From Trichodelitschia bisporula (lineage: Eukaryota), in the NCBI GenBank assembly GCA_010356995.1, contig ML996702.1:558001-615843 (forward strand): a stretch of 57,843 nt of DNA. The letters are read 5' to 3'. A program made the translations under genes and the position numbers. Each line of letters opens with the position of its first letter. Position 1 is the first letter of the stretch. Shown in pieces: positions 48,185-57,843 of this stretch. The notes below the pieces were generated by a model. It worked only from the letters and a program-made list of their open reading frames with translations, did not search any database and was not told the DNA's origin.

Positions 48185-49950
48185 TTTTCGTTTCTGCTAC
48201 CGATGAATTGGAACCGGAAGGAGAAGATTTTAGGTGGTGGGTATCACGTGCGGCGCTGACTTTTTGGGTGGGGGATCTCTCGGGACGAAATGACACCAGG
48301 TTTGGTGTTTTGCGATGCTGTTGCGACTTCGGAGCTTTCACGTCATGGCGCGTGGTGGAGGCTGCGAGAGAAGGAGAAGAAGCAATTGCGCATGCTGTGG
48401 TATTGTTCGGCTGATGCGCGCCACACTGCACGTCGTCCAGCGCATCGGCGGCGGTTGGCGGGGTTGAACCCAGGATGCGGGGTGGCGGGGTTGGACGGGC
48501 TTGCCAAGTGGCCGATTGCCAAGTGGGGCAAGCTGAACAATGGTCTTCTGGGATACTCGGATTCTGTGATGGTCTGGTAGGATGGACGAGGCACAGGACC
48601 GAGAATTCTACTATGTGAAGACTGCTCTCTGTGGCGAGGCGAACGGGCAATCTGGATTTCGCGAGCGCGGGGAGCATCCCGCGGCTGTAGCTACATGTGG
48701 GATGTGGGGCACTATGTTTGTAGCAGCTACTCTAAGCAACATGTATTTTAGGGGCCTTGGAAGAATGCGCGGATGAGCTCCGTGCGGAGGGACCGACTAC
48801 GTGCGACGTACAGCGGGTTGCGGATCATCGGCCTATGTGCAGTGCGACGCAGGGAAGGACGGGAGGACAGCCCGCAGATGGTACGGCCATGTGGGGTGCC
48901 GTGGGTTCTTCGGGGATGGGTGAATTCATCTGTAAAGTGGGAGGCCATGCTGCGGCAAGGGCGGCGAACGGCATAGGTAAGGCCGACTAGAAGGCTTAAC
49001 AGCGGAGGATTAAGAAGCCTCCCATTATTATTGGTGTCTCGGGGTGGTGTTCCTTGTCGGCACGGCCACGCCCACCAACAGACAGCGCGGCGTGGGCTGG
49101 TACCGACCAGGCTGCTGACTAAAAACTTGCTCACTTTTTTTGTTCTCTCAAACGTCCCCTTGGTCCACAAGTGGGAGGAACGACTCAGGTCTGTAGTAAG
49201 AGAGAGGAAAGGCACGACGACTCGACGGCAGAGACCAGAAGGAACAGTCCCCGACTCCCACCCCCGCACTTTTCCTCCCAAGGGTGGCCCATCCCTCCCC
49301 GCCCTCCCCGTTGGCGCCTTCCCAATCGACCGGTCGTTTGCCTAGATGGCCTGCTGAGATGGGATGAATTGTCGACTCCCGCTCACCAACTCTCACACCA
49401 CCATTTACTACCATCTCACCTCGCACTACCCCATTACCAGTTCAACCCTATTCCGAGAGTCACCATCTACTTTCCTTGCCGGCAATTCGCCATCTTCAAC
49501 GTCAATCTCTGCAACAGCGAGACATCTCGTTAAACAGTCCGAGGCGCATTTACTTTATCAGACGTTTAAACCCCCGAATGTCAGTCAGGCCCTGCCGAGA
49601 TTGAAGCAAAAAAACGTGCTCAATGCGCGCTTTCTTGCTCATATGCTCCGCTCTTTCGTTCCTCTTCTTCTCCCAAGATCTTCCCCCCTCCCCAGTCGTT
49701 GCAGGAGAACCAGAGAGAGTGAGAGAGTGAGAGAGTGGCAGGAGAGCCTTCCACTGCTATTGCTGCTGCGGCTTCTGTGCTCTCCCGTCGTCCCTGCGCT
49801 ACCCTATTCCCTCCCACTGAATCCACACGTCTCCCGCCGCAACCCACAACCCGTTTCACAGGGATCCTGGCTCACCAGAATGATAGGAGCGACCGCTGAG
49901 CGCGACATTGATTTGTTAAGCGCGTCTCCCAGCCCGGGAGAGCCGCGGCC

Positions 49951-51641
49951 ATGCCAGAGGTTATCATTAACGGCGAGAAGAAGAAAGTCGCATGGTGAGG
50001 AAAACGCAGTTCTCTCACATCTCTGCGCCTGCTTAACGTTATCCCCAGTGGTCCCTGCATTCGCGGCCATCGCTCGTCCAAGTGCGCGCACAAGGACCGC
50101 GTGCTTATCGAGGTACGCAAGCCGGGCCGGCCGCTGAGCGCTTGTCCGCACCCGGTGGGCTCGTGTAGCTGCGAGCGTGTCATTATTAACTATACCATCC
50201 CAAAGGGTGCGTCGCAATCTTTGTACCGTCTCTTTCTTGTACACTAACTGCTTCAGCCTCTGAGTGCCCGTGTCCCACTGAGCCCGGGTCTACACCAGCA
50301 GTTGCGACATCAACATCCAGAGTGCAAAAGCCAAGGCCCAAACGGTCCGTCTCAGGTGTGACGCCTTCAACAGTTCAAAAGGCCCTTGAGGACCCTCTTG
50401 CCCTTGCGCAGCATGTCACGCAACGTGCCGAGGCATCGTCGGACTCGTCGAGTACCGTGCCTTCAGTGACGTCGAGCAATAACTCGACTCCGCGCATTGA
50501 TGCGCTCGACACAGGACGCCAGCCCACGAATGGCCACAGCCGCGAGTGGACAGGCACCTTCTCTCCAGAGACGGCACTGACCGGGACCACGGGTACACCG
50601 AGCTTTTGCGCGCCACGGAGCTGCTGCGCACCGAGCGAAGCAAGTCCTCAGACGCCGCTCAAGTCAGAGGGCTTCGATGTTCCGGACCAGCTGGACCTCA
50701 ACGCGGGCCAATTTAGGTTCAACATGGCTGGCGTGCCCTTTCCTGGTGTCGCTCTAGACATGTTCGGGTATGCCACTGTCGGAACCGAAGATCGGATGGG
50801 CTGTGCGGCTCATGTGGGCGTTCCTGGTGGGTTACCGCCCCCGGGACACAACTGCCAGTGCGGCGACTCGTGCTCGTGTTTAGGTTGCGCCATGCATCCT
50901 GGGAACAAGACGACGACTGAGTACGTGCGGTACCACAATGAACTTGCTATGCGATCAGGATATTATAACGTTACGCCCTTCTTGGACCAGACCCAATATG
51001 GCCAGATGGGCCAGCCCCAGTTGAGCCAGATGGATCAAATCGGACAGCAGATGGGTCACCCACAGGTTGGACAACCGTTGACAATGCCGTTTCATCCCCC
51101 GGGATATCCGAACGGCTATTCACAACAGCCATTCATGCCTCCCCCGATGCCACAGTGGCAGATGAGCCCGCCTCCGCCGCGCGATGAGTTGGCCGCATTC
51201 CATTTCAGTCCGACGACGCAGCAAATGCAGTTTCCGTTCACAGCGGACTTTGCCGCTACGCCGCAGTCGACATTTGGACAGTCACTGGCGCCTGTACCTG
51301 CGCCTGCACCTGTGCTTGCGCAAGCACCAGCGCCGCGGAAGCCGGCATGCCAGAATTCGAGTTCCATGGGCGAGAGGCCTATTCCTGAAGAGGCAGCGTC
51401 ACCCGAAGAGGATACGGCGTCGACGCTGTCGCCAAGCTCGTTTTACCTGCAACAGTTTACACTGCCGGGCTGCGATGATGTCACGGGGAGTTGCCAGTGC
51501 GGAGATGGATGCAAGTGCGCGGGCTGTCTGACGCATAGCGGGCACGACGGAAATGTGGCTGAGAGTTCTGCACAATTGGTCCAAGAGCCGGCGGCGGGGG
51601 GGAGCTGCTGTGGTGGCGGTGGAGGCTACGAGGAGTTTTGA
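49951..51641 (+). CDS. Copper-fist transcription factor, GRISEA/Mac1-like (~528 aa)
   Basis: Exons 49951-49994, 50049-50206 and 50257-51641. N-terminus INGEKKKVACGPCIRGHRSSKCAH...RKPGRPLSACPH; two Cys-rich repeats CQCGDSCSCLGCAMH and CQCGDGCKCAGCLTH. Confidence 0.92.
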
Positions 51642-53092
51642 CGAGTTTGGAGCGAGTGTGGGGCGTGGGTTCACGGTCGCGGTACCGGGATACATGGCAC
51701 AGTTTCTGGCCTTCCTTATTCCGCTCTGGCGTCGAGGGTTTTTGATGGGATGGGAATTTACGACGTCACGGATCGCGACGATGACGGCGGCGGCGGCATT
51801 GCACTGTTTCTTTTGGGAATCTGGATAGTAGCATAACTGCTATTGGTGATGCGGCGTGGGCTATATGGGCGCGTGTCTATATTGTACATTGGGAAATTGT
51901 GGTTGGGCCACGACGCTCTGCGCTGCTACGACGGCGGGGTGAGTGGAGTGGAGAGGGTGGAAAAGCATGGAGTTGTGGGCTGGGTTTGTGGGTTGTTCGT
52001 AGCAATATACCCCATGCCGCTGTGCGAGTTGGTTTGTCTGCTTCTGCTCCGGGGGTGTGTTTTGGTGATGGACTGTCGGTATGTGCACTGAGCGGGTGAG
52101 TGACGGCGACTGAGGTGAGTCTTTGGCGGGTATGGCACCGGATTGGCATTCGAAGATGGCCCAGGTGCGGTCGAAGGAATGGCTATCAGCTCGCAGAAAG
52201 AGTTAAAATGTGCTCGGGAGCTGAGGAGGGCAGGATTAACGGAGCTTTGAGAACGAAGGGTGATGCTGAAGTGGCTTCTTCAGCTCTGCTTCTTTGGCTT
52301 CCTTTCGCGCGTTCTCCTTCTCCGACTCGGCGTCTGTCCTCGTCTTATCGGCTGCGTGCACTTGCCTGGTCAGCTTTGATATCTTTTCGTCGACTTCTCG
52401 GAGCATGCAGACGCCTTCATCAAGGCTACAGGACGCCCTGAAAAATCGTGGCTACCCGGGCTGGCATGTTTGCGGACGGGGCAAGCAGGATGAGGGAAGA
52501 AAATTCTGCACATGTATTGCGAAACTGGGCGAAGGTCGATCGATCTTTTGGCTCCATGACTTGAGACTCGAGCTAAAGCGACGGAGTCGAACGATGCCGG
52601 ACTCGGTGCCGAGGATCAAAATCCGGGTACAATGTCGAGGCAGCGACGACGTCGATGTTCAAGAAAATGATAGAAATAAAGGAAGGCACCTAAGCTGGTA
52701 GGGTTCTCCGCCGTCGTTTGTTGAAATACGGAAGATGGAGAGACTGGATGCTCGGCGAGGAATTGCAGGCAAAGGAAAGCTTGATCAAGGTTAGTCGAAG
52801 CGATATGGCATAGACACTGGCAGCATATTGCTAGGAGACGTGGAACGTGCCGTTAGTCTACTGAATCAAATAGCATAAGGCGGCGAAGACTGGAATCGTT
52901 CATGTTGTGTTGCACCACTGGCTTCGGTGTTGTCGAGAGGATGTCAAGGATGAGATGGCGCTAACGTGAAAACGGTCTAGCGGCGATCTTCACCCACTTC
53001 CAAAATCGCGACCATTTCACGGGCCCGTGCGTCACCTCTTTCGCTCTTCAAAGTTTCGAATCTCTATCACTTCTTCCACTCTATTCCTCAAA

Positions 53093-53123
53093 CTCATTCC
53101 TCAAACTCATTCCTCAAACTCAT
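53093..53123. repeat. Short 13-bp tandem repeat (ATTCCTCAAACTC)
   Basis: Direct reading of the sequence: the run begins near 53083 and gives about three tandem copies of ATTCCTCAAACTC. Confidence 0.7.
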
Positions 53124-53455
53124 ACCAAATGGCCCGCAACCACACTCTCCTCTGACCTCCAATATAAAGCATCACAGCAAAGATATCAGCTTCCAACATC
53201 ATTAATTTACTATATACGTCGCGAGGTCACCTCCTTCTGGCAGAATGGGCAATTGGTGTCAACTCTCGGTGGGCAGCATCGTACCCGGCCCGGTGCGTTT
53301 CCTTCTCCGCCCGAGCTCAGGCACGTGAGGTGTCGGGGCGCAACGGTGGCGGCGATGCTGTCGTCTACCACTGAATGAGTAGCAATTTGGTAGGAGTCGT
53401 TCATTTCCGACGTGGGTTACGTATCTCGCTAACATAACAGTTCTTCCTAAAGTAG

Positions 53456-54744
53456 GTGACGATGGAGACTTTGACTATCTGGTTGACGCACTTCCGCCGG
53501 GCAAGACAAGGTTATATTGTTGCTTCGCGTCAGCCCAGCCTCCTCTCTTCGCCCCTGGTATATATACCGTGCTTTCTGCGCACGCATCTTCAATCTGGTC
53601 AGTCGCGTACTTCTTCAGCCTGGTCATCAATATTGACAGTTTCAGGGCCGGCGAAGATGAATTGCTGAACGAGGCGGCTTCGGCTCAGGCCCTTATGGAT
53701 ATCTATAAGAGCGAAGCAGTGACTTTACGACAAGAGCTCTGCGAGCGCGACCGACTTACCCTCGAGATCCAGTACACCTTATTCTCCCGTCAGGATCGGA
53801 CGCTAAACCGCAGGACGCGCGCCTCTTCCATCACCATCCTGGCCCGTTCATCACCTGTATATTCTCCGTCCTCAGCATCATTTGGACTCGTCCCGGAAGC
53901 ACTGATACCCGTCCAAATCCCGACAATACGGTGCCTATAACCTATATATAGGCCTATTCACCCGCGCCCGCATAGTTCTTACGTTGTTTTACGTCTCGTC
54001 ATGCCGGTCTTCATCAAGGAAGAAGACGGCTCTCTTCCGGCGAACCCGAGGGGTTGGACCTCTCCCAGCTCGGATCACGGCCAAGGAGTAGATTTCGAGA
54101 AGCGACTCGAGGATCGACGACGAAGAAGCGGTCATCGTGGCCCATCAGCAATGCTGGAAATGCTCGCCTCCAGGCAAACGTCGGCGGTCTTTGCCGCACG
54201 TACCGAGGAACTTGGGCAGATGGTCACAAACGCCAACGCAGAGAACGCTCGTCTTCATGGACATCTCGGAGCTCTGGTATCTCACGTCGAAGATCAGCAA
54301 CAGAGGCTGCAGAAGTGGACGTTGGTTACGAAGCGCATGTAGTAAGTCACCCTGACGAACAACAACCTAGGGGTTGTGCTGACAGCCACTCGCAGTGGGT
54401 CCTCGAGCTGGTCATCTCTGCCGATGGGGTTCAAGTCGTTTGGTGGAATTGAAGACTACAGCTGGTGAGAACGCGATGATGTGGAGGTCGATATGATCTT
54501 AGATCCTGATGTGGAGGCCAGCCGCATTTCGACTCGGGTGAGCGAGGCGATGCGGGTCACTACAAATTAGCCCGCGAAGGCCTCGCCGGAAACCCTCATC
54601 AGCGACCGGGTGTCGACGACGAACAAGGCCGATGGCAACAACATCACGAGCGCCGGAAAATTGGCCCAGCAGACACTCCCTATATAGCTCATCGAAGTCG
54701 TTATCACTGAGGACGACGATAGCATCAACAGCAGCAATGAATAA
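53456..54744 (+). pseudogene. Spliced gene relic with in-frame stops (RIP-like)
   Basis: After the canonical intron 54342-54395 one frame continues through TGA 54466, TAG 54568 and TAG 54685 to TAA 54742. Each internal stop is one C>T change from CGA or CAG. Upstream exon-like fragments lie at 53456-53940 and 54001-54341. Confidence 0.55.
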
Positions 54745-57495
54745 ATCACTGAAAACATCGTCTTTTTAAAGCACGTGCTCTGAGCGCAACCGCGCCATGC
54801 CCATTGTTCAGACTACCACTTGCACCACTGGCATGCAAGGCGCTGAGAACATTGTTACTCCCGCGGACTTTGCACCGATTACCCCATTCACCGCGGTCTC
54901 CGCTTCCGGCCCGCAGAACGCGACTCTTGATGATGTGGGTGCACAAGGCATCAAGACACTAAGCCAAATATGGATACGAGGCAGCATATTTCCATGGGAA
55001 GGAGCATACCATTCTTGGGGATGGCGCCTGCCAAAGGAAGCCGTACAGTCATAATATGCTCACAACTAAGGCGGGCACCGATGACGTGCGAATGGTAACG
55101 GAAGGAGCTACGGAGGACATCACATATATATTCCTGAGAGCCTCTCGACTCTCTTCTTTACTTCATCTCTTACTTCAACTTCTGTTCTCACAGTCGCCTC
55201 TGCACTTCAAGAGCCCTTGCTCCCATTACATGAGCGCAACGATGCTGATGTCATCTCCATGAACGGCCCGGAGCACGGAACCCACGACACGCCACAGAAT
55301 ATATAACTTCAGGAGCTGAACTCCAATGCTGGCCACGGTGCTGGTGTCATGTCAACTCCGTCCGATTAAGGTGTTGGCCAGGAGCCTTTGTCCCGGTAAG
55401 TCGTCCCTATCTCTTTGATCATCTGTCTAATTCGCCCAGTACATCGAGCCTGGACCGGCGACGCCCAGCACGAGCTGACTGGGAAACCATTTCAATTCTC
55501 CGGTATAGAAGGGACATCTGAGCTGGGCCGGTCGAATGACGCCTCGTCGGACAGCTTTGCTCGACAGCGTTCGTATACTCACTACTCAAAGTTGCCACGA
55601 TGGGATATATAAAGGTGAGCCCCCGCCTTCAAACGCCAGACGGCCTGCGGTCACCACGTCTTTGACCCGCGGCCCCTAATGCAAAGTGATTCGCTGATGG
55701 GTTGCTGACTGCGAGACTTTTTCCCCAGGCTCAGCACTTCATACCGTCTTTACCAGGAGAACAAAGACAAAACGCCAACACAGCCGAGAGTGTCCCCGAT
55801 CCGTCGGAGCCTCGGCCTCTCAGCTACGCCGTAGGGATGGACGATGTGATTACCCGTGCCTTCGGTGACGGTGACGCCCAGGACGGGCAGGATGTCGAGG
55901 GCCCGCGTGCACCGCCAGGCACACCTGTTGCTGGGCCACCCCAGATCTCTTCGCGAGCCAGAGCACTGTAGAGCTACACTGGAGGCAACACGCTGGTGCG
56001 CATGGCTTGTATGCAACGTGGAGAAGCACCAGCTATTTTGACACTCAATCATGCCTCAGCGAAGGCTCCAGCCCTGCTCAGGCCACGAAGAAGACGGCAG
56101 CCTTGAGCCAGCCAGCGAAGGCTCCAGCCCCTACTCTATACATCGTCATTAAAGAGGATTGAAATCGAATCCACACATCAAGCTTTTCATGCCCACCCAT
56201 GTATGTGATGTATTCAGTTGCATTATTTATCTTGCCGTCTCGGCCCATGTTCTATACATGCTTCGGTATCGATGCCCGCTTTCGACTAAAGAGTCTGAGG
56301 AACAGCCACGGTCCCGCGAGCAATACCCTGCCGTGCATGCATCGATAGCTGTTTGCCAATGACGTTAGCACTGGGAGGAATCTATCAAAACCCGATATGC
56401 GCGCATCAGCATAATGTAGATATGAGGCAGGAGTATTGCTAGTCTAGACGGGAAGGAGCATATCAAGGTTGGCAAACAAAGCATTGTATTAGTTTCGAGC
56501 TGCTCCGTCTCTTATACCTCTCTCCTCTCTTCGTCCTTCCTCAAACTCTCACTTTGCGCTCGTTGTTCCGCACGTGTTTAGGCTACGCTCCATCGCAGCG
56601 GTAAACCCTCAATCTCGCGAGCAGCACCAAGGGTTGGTGCAAAAGGGGATGGAAGCCCCCCTCCCTCATTTAACATGAGTATTTTCTTTGGCTGCGTGGG
56701 AGGAGAAGAGGCAGGACCAAGCGTTGAAACAAATGGGCAGTTGATTCGATCCTAATAGACTACGTACAAGCTGAACTCAATTTAGAAGGCATCTCGTTGA
56801 AAAACTAGCTTGGTGTTGCTAATGATTCTGCTTCTCACTGAGGTACGCACGTGTCTAGTGGGGCGCGGGCCCTCAACCAGCCCCTCCCACTCGCCCTGCC
56901 TCGCCAGCTTATTAGCAAGAGCGTTTTCACTGGGAGATATCTGCCAGAACTCGATCTATACGTGTTAGCTCTCAAGCCCGGAACAGTGAAAGACCAACCT
57001 GCTTCCCCCTGTGCTCGTAGTCATCAATCAGCCGTCTCAGATGACAAACATAGGATTATCCGCCTAGCATCCTAACACAGCTTCACGTCTTTATCAATGG
57101 AGGCTAATGAGAGGACATGCTGTACGTGACCGTCTCCCTTTTCCGGCTTTGACCAGGTTGAGCTAGGGCCTGGCCCCGTCTTCATCAACGCTCTACTCGA
57201 CGCAAGAACTGGGAGTGGAAAACATTGAACACATCCACTACATTCCATCATACCTTCTCTGTGCACTGAAGGAATGGTTAATTCCAGATGTTTCCAGATC
57301 CCCAATGCATTGAAGCCATTACTTCACTGATCTGGCGACATTTTGGTACGCCACTGTTACCATTTGCTAATGGAGTGCTTGATTTCAAAGCCGTACCATT
57401 CCCATTTGTAGTCCTTTGCCACTTTCACTCTCAAAAAGGTATAAAAGGGCTAAGACCGCAACGGAGGTGGGTGGGGAGGAGGCTAAGAGAAATAT

Positions 57496-57843
57496 TTAGC
57501 AAATGAATTCCATGCACAGCACTCGACCAGACAGACATCCCCAGCCAACCTTACCCTCGTGGATAGCGACAGCGCCAGCGCCCGAACTGCGATACTCGGC
57601 TGGAAGCCAAAGAAGCTTTTCCGTGCCCCTAGTTACCCATTGCTCCTGGACAATTATGGACCGTAGAAGATTCGATGCCGACGCCAGCCGCTTGCCGTCC
57701 GGCGAGAAGGCCACGGCGTTGACCGAATTCGAATGGCCCTCGAGCATCTGCAGCGCCGCTCCCGAGCCGGCGTCCCACAGCCTGACCGTCCTGTCGTGCG
57801 ATGCCGACGCCAGCTGCTTGCCGTCCGGCGAGAAGGCCACGGC
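57496..57843 (-). CDS. 3' end of a HET-E-like WD40-repeat protein (probable NACHT-WD NLR), partial
   Basis: [57 protein letters not shown] with a near-identical DNA repeat of period 126 bp (57674 and 57800), followed by the tail [22 protein letters not shown]. The gene runs off the right edge. Confidence 0.85.
   Translation of the reverse strand, partial: AVAFSPDGKQLASASHDRTVRLWDAGSGAALQMLEGHSNSVNAVAFSPDGKRLASASNLLRSIIVQEQWVTRGTEKLLWLPAEYRSSGAGAVAIHEGKVGWGCLSGRVLCMEFIC

Noticed and set aside
49126..49641. Copper-response elements (CTTGCTCA twice) implying autoregulation
   Set aside because: Both mismatch the Mac1 TTTGCTC consensus and are short enough to occur by chance.
49364..50137. 257-aa ORF overlapping the copper-fist gene start
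   Set aside because: The true copper-fist domain is recovered by splicing from ATG 49951; this ORF runs through promoter/UTR DNA and a GA microsatellite.
13489..51641. Metal/redox gene cluster (GSH1 plus copper factor)
   Set aside because: They are ~34 kb apart and separated by unrelated genes; nothing in the sequence links them.

Overview
GC-rich genomic DNA from a filamentous ascomycete (Pezizomycotina; short GT..AG introns with CTAAC/CTGAC branch points). All gene models were spliced by eye; no database search was run. The window opens with about 8 kb of gene-free DNA. From left to right it then carries the GATA factor nsdD (+), glutamate-cysteine ligase (+), a decayed gene relic (-), LSM3 (+), a B-type cyclin (-), a protein with a C-terminal Zn2Cys6 cluster (+) and a proline-rich transglutaminase-like protein (+). 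Next come tRNA-Ser(GCT), a ~1934-aa coiled-coil protein (+), tRNA-Ser(CGA), a cutinase (-), an EEF1AKMT4-like methyltransferase (-), an orphan gene (-) with a structured ~56-bp repeat array upstream, and EFM7/NNT1 (-). The window ends with a GRISEA/Mac1-type copper-fist factor (+), a zone of pseudogenes with RIP-like stops, and the 3' end of a HET-E-like WD40 NLR (-). The most interesting leads are the orphan gene plus repeat array between two eEF1A-type methyltransferases, a strong gene-polarised and oscillating C/G skew, a tRNA-Ser(CGA) with a compensated T53-A61 pair, and the uORF and motif architecture upstream of nsdD.
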